A stretch of DNA of 64,000 bases from a virus. A program made the position numbers and the translations under genes. Positions 43,901-52,865 of this stretch are shown piece by piece; position 1 is the stretch's first letter, and each line of letters begins with the position of its first letter. The DNA is taken from IMG/VR virus record IMGVR_UViG_3300009071_000007. One strand, 5' to 3'. The notes under the pieces are model-generated. The model did no database searches. It saw only the letters and a program-made list of their open reading frames with translations, and had not been told where the DNA came from.

Positions 43901-46900
43901 AGGTACCTTAATAGCGTCTCTAACTCCAAGGGTATTGCAAGTGAAGAGGATGCGGCTTGGTACGAAGCGAGTAAAGCTGAGCTAGAAGCTGAGGGATTTG
44001 TATTTGATGATATAGGTGATGAACTAAATAGCGATGAGCGAGATGAGCGAATTGGAGCGCCTTTTGACATCCGCACCGAAGAAACTAGCGATGCTGTTCC
44101 TAAAGGGAAAATAATTATAAAGGCTGTAGTCAAACCAAGGCGGGTGGTAGACGGGAAGACAGTCAGCCGACCTACCTACGACGTAATTAGAGGAACAGGA
44201 ACAACGGCTGCAAGGGATGCCTTAGTTGCTGAAGTATATGCTTTGGAGGATGAAATAACTACAGATAATTTTAATGAAATATCTCCTAAGCTAAAAGCCG
44301 CAAGAAAGGCTTTGAAGGATTACGATGATGCTAATTTCCCTTCATCTAAATCTGTTGCCGCCCCTAAGAAAGCAGCCCCTGAGAAAGTCGCAGATCAGGG
44401 CACCGCATCAACAAAGAAAGATGCATTGTTTACAACACACAGTGAAAGCCTGAACAATGAGGTAGTTAAAGATGCACAAGGAAGAGTAGTTGTTTCTTCT
44501 GACGGAGTACCCATGGATAGTGGACTGGACTCAGAAAGAACAGTAAATGGGGAGCCTATTATTACTGATCGTAGCTTGCTTGATAGTGATAAAGTAGTAG
44601 CAGGAACGACGCTTGTACTGGAGGTTATAGAGGATGATTGGTGGCTTGGTAACAAAGGTAAGACTCAATATAGAAATGCCGCTGCACATATACCTATATA
44701 TGTAAAGCTCCCATCCGGAGAAGTACTCGGTGTGCTTACTGCTAATGACAGTGCTATGCGTCGTGCTGCCTACCAAGAATATCTGAAGGGCGCACAGGGA
44801 CAACAAGTTACTGTAGCAGTTGCTAAGAAGTATCTTAATAACAGAAACAATGCTGTTGTAGAACTGCAAGACGGTACTACAGGCACGTTCCTATCCAGAG
44901 TAGATGAGGTGTTTGGGAACACTCCTCTTGGTGTTGTTACCTACGCAAAGAACCTGAGCAAAAAAGGTTTGACCGTAGCTAATACACAAGGTCTCACGCA
45001 AGAAGACCTTGATGCTATTGCAGAGCTGTCTAACGAGGTGACTAGTGATAAAGTAAGATACGGTCAGGTAGTTGCACTGCACAAAGACTCAAACGGAAAG
45101 TGGAAGTATAGCTTACTACAGACGGCAAGACTTACTGAAGCAGAGCAAGAAGAAGCATTTAATCTGTTACTTGACTCTTCTCCGGAATCGTACCAGAAAC
45201 TGGTCGATGAGGTTGGTTTGAATACACTAAGCCCAGCAGAAGTTGGGGAAGTATCTGTTACATATCTGCAAGTAGAAAAAGACTACATGCGGAATGCGGA
45301 CAAGAGAGTGATAAGATTCGCAGTTCCTACACGCTCAGTAAAATCTGAGATGGCAAGAGCTGACTTAGAGAATGGGATGTTTGTAGTTGCATTAGACAAC
45401 CGAACACTTACAAATCTTGCAGACCCAAGTACAGCAGAAGCTACGGCTAAAGCAATACTCAACGGTAAGAAAGGAACAACAGAAGCTGGAATACTTGGTA
45501 ACCTTATACAGAAACTTGTTGAGAATGAGGATGGCTTTATAAATACAAAAGGAGCAGGTTTCCAGATTATAAAAGAGGACATGAGCAAAGAAGAAGCTCT
45601 TGCTTTTATAATGTCGTTGCCCGATGCTGTAAAAAGAACCTTAAAGAATAAGAGAAAGCAGGTAGATATTAACAGACTTAATGCTGACCCATCATACTAT
45701 AATACTCTTGTAGAAGAGACAAGAGAAGACCCGCTCCCACTACAAACGGTCTTTGGGCACCGTGGTGTTATTATGACTGACGTTGTTCTGCATAATGGCT
45801 CTATGTACAATGGTATTGGTCTTGAGTTTGACTTGTCCCAGCTTAAGATTGGGAACAAAAAACCAAAGGCAAACAACATAAAAGTATCTCGTCCTATATC
45901 AACAGCAGAAACTAATGATGCACAAGCATTGTTTGATGAAGCAGCAAAAGCTCGAGAACAAGAAGTAGGAGAACAAGAATACGATCCCACTCAAGTTACT
46001 GATGATGATATAGCAGAAGCAGAAAAAGCAACCCGGAAGAGGCTTCTCGCTATACTTGCTGAAAGACGCAAGAAAAAAGGCCAACAGGAAACGGGAACAG
46101 GAACGGAGACAGAAACGAAAACGGATCCAGAGGAAGAGAAGCTGAAGGGCATGGACTTAGAGGATGACGCATTTAGACTGTCTGCTAATAAGGGTAAGCG
46201 CTTGAATAAAGCTCAAGCTATTGCTTGGTTGAAGCAGCGAAACATCCCAGTAGAGTTTTATGAGATTGCAAAGCAGGTAGGTAGTAAAGTTGCACACGGC
46301 TATATGAAGAATGCTGCTGTGTATCTGTGGAACAACGCAGAAGTTGGGACTGAATACCACGAAGCATTCCACTATGTATTCCGCACATCTCTAAGCGAGA
46401 AGCAAAGAGAGGGATTGTACAAAGAAGCTAGAAAGCGGTTTAATCTCCCCAATGCTACAGAGCTTGAGCTTGAAGAGGCAATGGCAGAGGAGTTCCGTAA
46501 TTACGTATTTACTGCACAAGAGACCGGGAAGACTCTTCCTGGGAAGATCCGCAAGTTCTTCAACGATTTGTGGAACTTCATTAAGGCCCTGTTTGTAAAT
46601 CCTGTAGGCGTAGAGCAGTTCTATTCTTTGATCGAATCAAACAAGGTTCCAAATAAATATGAAAGAAGCGCTGAGAAGTTTGCAACCAAGGGCGAGGTAT
46701 ACAGATTGGTGAGTGACTTGGGGAATGACTATGAGATGCAACAACAAGTCCTTGACGTTATCTCTATGCAGTTCGTTGATACATATAACGAAAGCAATCA
46801 GATGTTGCAGGGAATGTCTCAACTAGAGGGCACAGGAAAAAACAACAAGGTTCTTGCAACTGCACTCCTTGGAACAACAGAACAAGACAAGGGAATTATT

Positions 46901-49900
46901 GCAGATTGGTTCTTGCAGCACTCTTTCTCAACAGAAACTGATGGGTACATGAGTGATGAGGCAATGGAGGCAATTAAAAATGCAAAGAGCTCAGAAGAAA
47001 TAAAGAACGCTGTAAAGAAATACAAGCTTCAACGAAAACCCCCTCTGCAGGCATTTATAGAAGGTGAACTTCCTACTACTGTATTTAATAAAGAGGAGAA
47101 GACCCAGCGAAACACAGCGATTATTTTCTACAATGTATGGAAAAACTGGTTTGACGTTACAGATGAGCTAGGTAACATTGAACAATACGGGTGGAGAGAT
47201 GCAGCAGCTGCAGATCTTCTTAAGTATGGGTTCACTATTCAGACTAGAGTTGCTACACGTACTGCACTGGAGCAAGAGGAAGAAGGGTCTCCTGAACAGG
47301 AGGAGGTGAACTTCGACAAGATCTATGACATTTCTCACTTTGAACAAGACCCACTCAAAGTGGCATCTAAAGAAGTGAGAAACCTGCTGTCTAGAATCGT
47401 GGACACAACGCCTAACGTATTCGGGATACCTACTTATATAGACGTTGAGGCTACCCTTAGAAAAACAATTGCAGTTACTGCGGGCGCTAAAGGGTATTCA
47501 GAGATACTGGGTAGAATACAAGAGGCTGCTCGTATAGAAGAGATAGAAGCACAAAAGACAGATAGAAAAAGTCTGATACTTGGCCCACTTAAGGACTATC
47601 TTAATGGGACTCCTACAGCACAAGAGGTTGCGGCACTTACCCGCTTCTTAACTAAGACATACTCAGAGCTTAGAATTGTACAAGAAAATCAGATCGAGAC
47701 TACTGACGGTGGAGTAGAGATGTCTGTACAGACTATCAACTCTGACAGAAAGAGTGCAGTTATTAACTGGCAAGACACTTGGAAGAACGACGGACTTCAA
47801 ACGCTTTCAGTCCCAAGACCCGGAGCAGTATTTACAGAGACTGAAGATGGGGGTATTGCCTTTAACAACAACATAACTGAGGGTCAAAATAGAATAGACC
47901 TGCTTAAAGAGGCATTCCTCAACTACGATAGAGAGAACACAGTTGAAGGTAAGGCTACACAGCTAGGTAAAATAATGTGGAACCTTTCTTTGGGTATGGG
48001 CAGTACTGAGCAAGAGGCTACAGATCGCCTCATGTCTTACGTGCTAAAGAATACTACTCTAGACAACAATGAAATATCCAAGATATTTAAGAAGGTAATT
48101 TACTTGGCCAACCAAGCAGTAGACTTTAAGGTAGAGGGCGGAAGAGTAAAAGACGTGATGCTTAAGAAGGGCAAGGTTAGAAACTTCTTTGTATCAGAGG
48201 GATCTACAGTAAAGGAGCTTGCTAATATTGCTGCAGAATACAGTGTCCCAGTTGCAATAGCATATGTAAACGGGAAGGGAAAGACTATCTATCCATACAA
48301 CCTCCCCACACCATTCACTGATTTGATAGAAGATCTCAAACAAAATGCAGCTTCAAATAAGTATGCATTCTTGCAAGGAGATGAGTCTTTCACAGCAATG
48401 AACACTGAGCACAAAGCAATGCTCATGACCTTGATTGCAAATCCAGAATTTGAAATATCCAGCTGGGCACTTGATACTATCAACAATGAGGCATCAGATG
48501 ACGCTAACATAGAGTACAAGAAAATGTCCGAACGAGACTCTCTGATACTCAAACTCAATATGTTTGTAAACCAAGGGTCAGCTATAAAGTATGGATGGAT
48601 ACCTGTTTCAACTCAGGAGACTAGAGGCAGATTGGACTTTGTTAAGTTCCCTAAGATAGAAGAGAAGAACTTCGCAGCTGTAGAAGCAGCAGGCTTGCAA
48701 CGAGAAAGCTTTAGTGGAAGACTCAAGAGTGTTGTCATACGTGACTTGGTTCGACTTAGCAATAACCCACGTGTAGCTGAAAACTACAACAACGGCTTTC
48801 ACTTAACGGGCATAGTCAATACTAAACTAGGTAGTGGCCTTTTGATGTCTGAAACTGTAAAGGACTATCTACAAAACCCAAAGGGTAAAGAATATCAGGA
48901 CTTCAATAAGGAGCTTGACAGACAGGTAAAAGAATACGTAAACACTGTATTCAAACGAAATAGAGAGAACCTCCGCAACGAGCTCTTGCGATACAACATC
49001 ATACGATTGGTTGAAGGCAAGCCAGAGTTCTTGGAGAAGTCCAAGCTTGACTCGTCAGTTCAGAAATACGGGGGAGTAAATAGATTCCTCAATAACTATA
49101 TGATGACAGACATGCTAGCTCGCATTGAGATGGCAGAGATGTTACGTGGTGGTGTTGTACAATTTGAGAACTTAACCAAGTTCTACAAAAGAATGGGTCT
49201 TATACAAACTCCCGGAGATAAGCTTATGCAGAAGGGAGAGTTTGAAGCTGATCCAGATTACGGAATGGCCCCAACAATTGTGGAGGCCTCTATAGAGAAA
49301 ATGCAAAACCAAGAGCCCTTTCATAACGAGGCAGCCGACAATCTTCGAGACCTTTCACTAGCTCCTTTCTATGAAAAGACTATGAAGATGTCTAAAGAGG
49401 AGGCACTTAAAAAAGCAGAAAGCATAGCAAAACAGTACAGAAACGATTTTGGTGACCATACAGATGCCCAAGCATTTGCTTCAGATCTCTTCTACAAAAT
49501 GTATAAGCAGGGTAAAGGACAGTGGACATCAGAAGATGACGTGTGGTTTGATGAATATCTGAACAAAAAAGGAGAATGGAAAGGGGATAAATACATAGAG
49601 CCTATAAAGCCATTTGTAAACAATCAGGTTATGGAGAATGGGGCGTCTATATCTGATATGCAGAAGAACTCACTCTTGGTTGTTACGCGACCACTAGCAG
49701 AAATGAACACAGTTCTGGCGGCTATGTATCTTAGAATGAACAAAGCGGGGGACAACATACACATAATAAATACGGAGTCTGCAAAGAAGGGTGCGAAGGG
49801 TCAGGAGTTTGCTGTAAATCAAGAACTTGGAGCGACCATGTTTGAAGGACTTGAAGGAACAGAGATGAGCACAGATGGGTTGTACATACCACAAACTATA

Positions 49901-50110
49901 AGTGACAAAAGAGCTGAGACAGCTAAGATGAATCGTCAGATTCGTAAGGTGCTCCCAACTATGGTTAAGGCAGATGGAGAGTATGATGTAAAAGGAGCAA
50001 AGTCCCCAATGTCAGGAAAAGAGGTTAGTGATAGATATCAAACCTTGCATGAAGAAATCCTTGACGCGCAAGCAAAAAGCTTTTCAAAGAGCTTGGGTGG
50101 GACGAGTTGA
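40943..50110 (+). CDS. 3055-aa polyvalent virion protein with an HEAFH zincin-like motif; probable N-terminal part (or partner subunit) of a virion RNA polymerase
   Basis: 9.2-kb uninterrupted ORF. The N-terminus has a tandem NPITGLP motif and hydrophobic Gly-rich segments. Long coiled coils are present. HEAFH lies at 46358-46372, with a downstream acidic helix EEAMAEEF. The ORF ends at TGA 50108-50110, overlapping the next ORF in the -1 frame. Confidence 0.85.
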   Translation: MSNKGTINPITGLPQQNTLNPITGLPFTTAEELGAFQAKVNRQRPQVSVAPGFAATTGDFSSYADRGVTLSGGPSYKDYSTIRALNQSAGEKLLIGAKKGTVTGASAFVNGLLGMAGALDFAAGSNLNPKSRGSLVGTAQDWTNLVNTEEWRENSRKNNPHYYTKTELDNIGNFNPFSENNSFTWNFLTDKIFDGIGFLVGTAASIYVTAGTGVIGRVGQLGNISKGLATWRTAKTIKSGQSLSKALGTYRTTKNVASKIYNGAAKTEAAFLSAVGEASIEGKETGKQVYEKLYAEALRKKTAMGLPAQLSAQEVQQLKLQALEAEGAAFYSNVGVLSLSNSIMFRGLFKQFGKAAGTSRWLRAATAAERAAKPSLRVVDKLSGLPGYGIRQTAQAARFSAPFLKTMAAEGSEEAAQYAITEGMIEYEMAKMHDSGLGDIVESLIDTNKLRIAAESSPEVASKMLETFSNPEAREQFVIGSIVGILGGGIQGYKESKASRKQRDEQATLLNNEGMFRAARGAESVNKQSFFLQRMNEAEQAGDREQFEYYQRRLQAEQILQHYNKGSLDLFREMLEDSKSLPENEFKELYGISPETVIDQNKLVDDIVSRSKEIEKSAEMIDELYTSSPTVGAGKLFMSKEEKELEKNNLQDEAIYKNYLKLELGSLKFIDGAISEKVDKIEEMFPGLLTDVLVTQTYKKGKEADYEEGTRTKSVNMRDRIRNYVRNRFGEVALEEGKFSLDVQQNLEKNLNTILANNQEHTEFETVRKELVELRELISQRGNAVTAYNNLNRSPELRDLAISGTKIALEREAQTKRDALVDQIIADTVTPEQLKAKADRILQQGSISEEARKRANDEIAARTKTRSDAQQKWDTMSRPAVENLEGLSPLLDSYREQYLKDRSQEAPIRDTTVEQKRKADEAAEIIKRRKQEGARLAAENRKTGEQSAPGQQPTEKEQKGLQRRIDRSKKDFAAATSLEEKAKALLRYLNSVSNSKGIASEEDAAWYEASKAELEAEGFVFDDIGDELNSDERDERIGAPFDIRTEETSDAVPKGKIIIKAVVKPRRVVDGKTVSRPTYDVIRGTGTTAARDALVAEVYALEDEITTDNFNEISPKLKAARKALKDYDDANFPSSKSVAAPKKAAPEKVADQGTASTKKDALFTTHSESLNNEVVKDAQGRVVVSSDGVPMDSGLDSERTVNGEPIITDRSLLDSDKVVAGTTLVLEVIEDDWWLGNKGKTQYRNAAAHIPIYVKLPSGEVLGVLTANDSAMRRAAYQEYLKGAQGQQVTVAVAKKYLNNRNNAVVELQDGTTGTFLSRVDEVFGNTPLGVVTYAKNLSKKGLTVANTQGLTQEDLDAIAELSNEVTSDKVRYGQVVALHKDSNGKWKYSLLQTARLTEAEQEEAFNLLLDSSPESYQKLVDEVGLNTLSPAEVGEVSVTYLQVEKDYMRNADKRVIRFAVPTRSVKSEMARADLENGMFVVALDNRTLTNLADPSTAEATAKAILNGKKGTTEAGILGNLIQKLVENEDGFINTKGAGFQIIKEDMSKEEALAFIMSLPDAVKRTLKNKRKQVDINRLNADPSYYNTLVEETREDPLPLQTVFGHRGVIMTDVVLHNGSMYNGIGLEFDLSQLKIGNKKPKANNIKVSRPISTAETNDAQALFDEAAKAREQEVGEQEYDPTQVTDDDIAEAEKATRKRLLAILAERRKKKGQQETGTGTETETKTDPEEEKLKGMDLEDDAFRLSANKGKRLNKAQAIAWLKQRNIPVEFYEIAKQVGSKVAHGYMKNAAVYLWNNAEVGTEYHEAFHYVFRTSLSEKQREGLYKEARKRFNLPNATELELEEAMAEEFRNYVFTAQETGKTLPGKIRKFFNDLWNFIKALFVNPVGVEQFYSLIESNKVPNKYERSAEKFATKGEVYRLVSDLGNDYEMQQQVLDVISMQFVDTYNESNQMLQGMSQLEGTGKNNKVLATALLGTTEQDKGIIADWFLQHSFSTETDGYMSDEAMEAIKNAKSSEEIKNAVKKYKLQRKPPLQAFIEGELPTTVFNKEEKTQRNTAIIFYNVWKNWFDVTDELGNIEQYGWRDAAAADLLKYGFTIQTRVATRTALEQEEEGSPEQEEVNFDKIYDISHFEQDPLKVASKEVRNLLSRIVDTTPNVFGIPTYIDVEATLRKTIAVTAGAKGYSEILGRIQEAARIEEIEAQKTDRKSLILGPLKDYLNGTPTAQEVAALTRFLTKTYSELRIVQENQIETTDGGVEMSVQTINSDRKSAVINWQDTWKNDGLQTLSVPRPGAVFTETEDGGIAFNNNITEGQNRIDLLKEAFLNYDRENTVEGKATQLGKIMWNLSLGMGSTEQEATDRLMSYVLKNTTLDNNEISKIFKKVIYLANQAVDFKVEGGRVKDVMLKKGKVRNFFVSEGSTVKELANIAAEYSVPVAIAYVNGKGKTIYPYNLPTPFTDLIEDLKQNAASNKYAFLQGDESFTAMNTEHKAMLMTLIANPEFEISSWALDTINNEASDDANIEYKKMSERDSLILKLNMFVNQGSAIKYGWIPVSTQETRGRLDFVKFPKIEEKNFAAVEAAGLQRESFSGRLKSVVIRDLVRLSNNPRVAENYNNGFHLTGIVNTKLGSGLLMSETVKDYLQNPKGKEYQDFNKELDRQVKEYVNTVFKRNRENLRNELLRYNIIRLVEGKPEFLEKSKLDSSVQKYGGVNRFLNNYMMTDMLARIEMAEMLRGGVVQFENLTKFYKRMGLIQTPGDKLMQKGEFEADPDYGMAPTIVEASIEKMQNQEPFHNEAADNLRDLSLAPFYEKTMKMSKEEALKKAESIAKQYRNDFGDHTDAQAFASDLFYKMYKQGKGQWTSEDDVWFDEYLNKKGEWKGDKYIEPIKPFVNNQVMENGASISDMQKNSLLVVTRPLAEMNTVLAAMYLRMNKAGDNIHIINTESAKKGAKGQEFAVNQELGATMFEGLEGTEMSTDGLYIPQTISDKRAETAKMNRQIRKVLPTMVKADGEYDVKGAKSPMSGKEVSDRYQTLHEEILDAQAKSFSKSLGGTS

Positions 50111-52854
50111 AAAAGAATCCAGGTAACAAAGAAGCACGACTTAAATTCCTGCAGAGAGTGAAAAGCGTTATTATGGATAACGCAATGAAGAATAACAAGC
50201 TTGACTCTAACTTAGATAAACAACTTAGGATCGTAGAGGACATGGTAAATAACACCGTGGACTTTAATGTCCCAACATATATGCCTGTTTATCAGCGGCA
50301 GTTACAGAACCAAATCTTCTCTCTGTTTAGATCCAATGTGTACCAGGTTAAGCTACCAGGACGTGACCTTGTACAAGCAAACTCTGGAGGTAAGTGGAAG
50401 ATTGGGGATGAGATAAGAGAGCTTAGACATATACATATAGATGAAAAAGGGAATACAGTGGCGGCAGAGATAATGATATCTGAAGACCTGGCAGAAATGC
50501 ATGGTATAGAGGTTGGGGATCGCATTATAATGTACCGTATCCCAAACCAGGACTACTCTTCAGCAGTCCCATCTCAAGTTGCTGGTATCCTTCCTCGAGG
50601 ATACTCAAAGACAGTTATGGTGGCAGGTGGTATTACAATTCAAACAGGATCTGACTTCGATATTGATAAACTATTTAACCTGTTTGAGAACAAGGATCCC
50701 AAGAATAGACTGGATAGGTTAAAGAATGAGCTGTTTAATATCTCCTATTCTATATTAATGAATAAGGAAACAGCACCCTACCTGTTTGCCCCACTTAATC
50801 AGGATACACTAAACGATCTAGCCGACAATCCTGAAATTGCAAAAGAAGAAGTCAGAGATTTTGATGACCCACTTGTAGAAATCAAGATGGAGTCTAACTA
50901 TAAAAGTGCTGCAACACTTGTGGGTGGGTATGCTAATGCTATTGCAGGTATGAGCATTGCTAATGTTGCATCTCAGTTCGAGAATGAAGAATACGTACAG
51001 AACGGTATAGCAGTAAATGCATCTAAGAAATTCATACTAAATGACACAGCACTTGGTCTGATATCTACTAGGTCAGAGATGACAAACGAAAGAAATATTG
51101 CTGGAATCGTAGAGAGACTTTCTGCAGCGCTAGATGCTGGTAGTAAATTAATCCACAGTACGCTTAACGATAATGATATTACTCTCAACGCTACAGTGTA
51201 TCTTAAGAGTATAGGATTTGGGGACCGAGATGTAGTGGCATTAATGACGACCCCCCTTGTTAGGGAGTTTGTTGAAAGTAAAAGAGACAACAGAAACAAG
51301 AGTAACCAGAGAGTATTCCAAGATTTAGGAATTAATAGAAAGACCTACAGCAAAATTGCAAGCTTTGATAGCAGCATACTGCCCCCAGCTTTAAATACTG
51401 AGGAACTTGAAAGAGTTTCTAAAGAGGGGAATAGAAAAGATCCGGTTGCAAAAGAAGCATTGTACGCATTTGCGCATGCACTTGTAGCAGGTAACAGCTT
51501 GTCAGACTTCTACAGAGTCATTGCTGCAGATAACCTGGATGGGATGGGGGACCTTGCTGAGATTGAGGCATACCTGGATGTGCTAGATAACTACAAGAGA
51601 AGCGGTAACAGAAACATCGTTGGTTACTCAGAGGTGGAGAAGATACTTAAGGGGGATGCATATAGAATTAGTAGAGCCTTCTTCAACATCATAGATGAGT
51701 CGATGCAGATATCATCGGAGCTGTTTATGAGCGGGACGAAGGGGGTTAGAGAGTTTAAACAGTTGCTGAAGGATGTTGCTGGAAAGCAAACTATGACTGC
51801 TGCAGAGCACAGATTTGTAGACAGAGCATTGTTCTACCACATCTTTACTAAGGAGGGTTCTCCGATAGGATCATTGATGCAGAAGTCTGTAGTAAAGTCG
51901 ATGCTTCTTGATCCTAAAAACAACTTGTACAAACAAGTGAAAGACCTGATCGAGGAGATTCCAGCATTGAGAAGTAACTCTATGATTGCGTCTATTAAAG
52001 AGGGACCTAAATACAATGATCCTACTACAAGAGTGTTTGGAATAAGCATAGAGAACACGGAGAAAATGTCACTCAGAGCAAGAGAAACCCAACGTCAGTC
52101 GTTTGGAGATCTATTGTACAGACCGGAGAAATACACTAGTGACCCACAAGAACAGAAGAAGATCCAGAATATGGGTAAGAGACTGGTACTCAACTCAATC
52201 GTAACAACCGGACTTGCACCTTCTTATGGTACATACTACGACGCCATCCCAATAGACTTCTTTATGGAGATAGCTGACGAGAGTGGGAAGACCTTGATGC
52301 AGTACTTGCGAGAAGAATTCCAGAATGTCAAGAATGACGAGAGATACTTTGACGATTTCATGTTCAGCTTTATGCAGAACTACGGTGCCGCTACTGTAGC
52401 ATCTGCACCACTTGTTGGACGAATGCCACGTTCGTATGTGCAACGCGGTGAAGGACTGTACGGATTGCCTGCATCAGTAGAACTAGATGGTCGTCCGGCG
52501 CGATATGTAACAAGAGCTAATTACAGTAAGGGTGTAGATAAGATGTCAGTGTATGAGTATAACAACACAGATGAGATGTATCACCTAATACAGAGCACGA
52601 GTATAACTAATAAGATTATCGAGCTCAACCTCAGAGACAGAAATGGGGATATTGTAACTAGCAGTTTCTTTGCTGAAAGCCAAGGAGAAAGAAAAGTAAG
52701 GATGGCAGGTAAAGGTAAAGGAAAAGATAAAGTTGTAGATTTACATTCTAGAGCTGGAATTACAAAGACTATGTCTGATCCTATGACTATGAACGAGGAG
52801 ACAAGAAGAATCAGAACTACAGACAGCTCTTCAGATATATCACATGTTTGCTAA
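50107..52854 (+). CDS. beta-prime-like double-psi beta-barrel RNA polymerase catalytic module (915 aa as an ORF; likely fused to or partnered with ORF 40943)
   Basis: SLFRSNVYQVKLPGRDLV .. VGDRIIMYRIPNQ .. VMVAGGITIQTGSDFDIDKLF parallels RpoC [20 protein letters not shown] .. [11 protein letters not shown] .. [18 protein letters not shown]. DFDID lies at 50653-50667. The track start is a TTG. The first ATG is at 50173, and the frame is open back to 50065. Confidence 0.7.
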   Translation: MKKNPGNKEARLKFLQRVKSVIMDNAMKNNKLDSNLDKQLRIVEDMVNNTVDFNVPTYMPVYQRQLQNQIFSLFRSNVYQVKLPGRDLVQANSGGKWKIGDEIRELRHIHIDEKGNTVAAEIMISEDLAEMHGIEVGDRIIMYRIPNQDYSSAVPSQVAGILPRGYSKTVMVAGGITIQTGSDFDIDKLFNLFENKDPKNRLDRLKNELFNISYSILMNKETAPYLFAPLNQDTLNDLADNPEIAKEEVRDFDDPLVEIKMESNYKSAATLVGGYANAIAGMSIANVASQFENEEYVQNGIAVNASKKFILNDTALGLISTRSEMTNERNIAGIVERLSAALDAGSKLIHSTLNDNDITLNATVYLKSIGFGDRDVVALMTTPLVREFVESKRDNRNKSNQRVFQDLGINRKTYSKIASFDSSILPPALNTEELERVSKEGNRKDPVAKEALYAFAHALVAGNSLSDFYRVIAADNLDGMGDLAEIEAYLDVLDNYKRSGNRNIVGYSEVEKILKGDAYRISRAFFNIIDESMQISSELFMSGTKGVREFKQLLKDVAGKQTMTAAEHRFVDRALFYHIFTKEGSPIGSLMQKSVVKSMLLDPKNNLYKQVKDLIEEIPALRSNSMIASIKEGPKYNDPTTRVFGISIENTEKMSLRARETQRQSFGDLLYRPEKYTSDPQEQKKIQNMGKRLVLNSIVTTGLAPSYGTYYDAIPIDFFMEIADESGKTLMQYLREEFQNVKNDERYFDDFMFSFMQNYGAATVASAPLVGRMPRSYVQRGEGLYGLPASVELDGRPARYVTRANYSKGVDKMSVYEYNNTDEMYHLIQSTSITNKIIELNLRDRNGDIVTSSFFAESQGERKVRMAGKGKGKDKVVDLHSRAGITKTMSDPMTMNEETRRIRTTDSSSDISHVC

Positions 52855-52865
52855 ATAAAGAATAA

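Noticed and set aside
49784-49801. KKGAKG near the end of the 3055-aa ORF as the beta-subunit-like second barrel (RHGNKG-type Lys motif)
   Set aside because: The position is attractive, about 280 aa upstream of DFDID and in the beta-then-beta-prime order. However, the spacing of the lysines does not match the conserved K-x7-K pattern and the surrounding sequence does not align by eye. It is too weak to call without a profile or structure search.
50077-50094. AAGCT..AGCTT 5-bp hairpin as a frameshift stimulator, and CAAT-N7-ATTG at 34154-34168 as a read-through stimulator
   Set aside because: The stems are only 4-5 bp, AT-containing, and overlap or abut the recoding site instead of lying 5-9 nt downstream. 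They are not persuasive.
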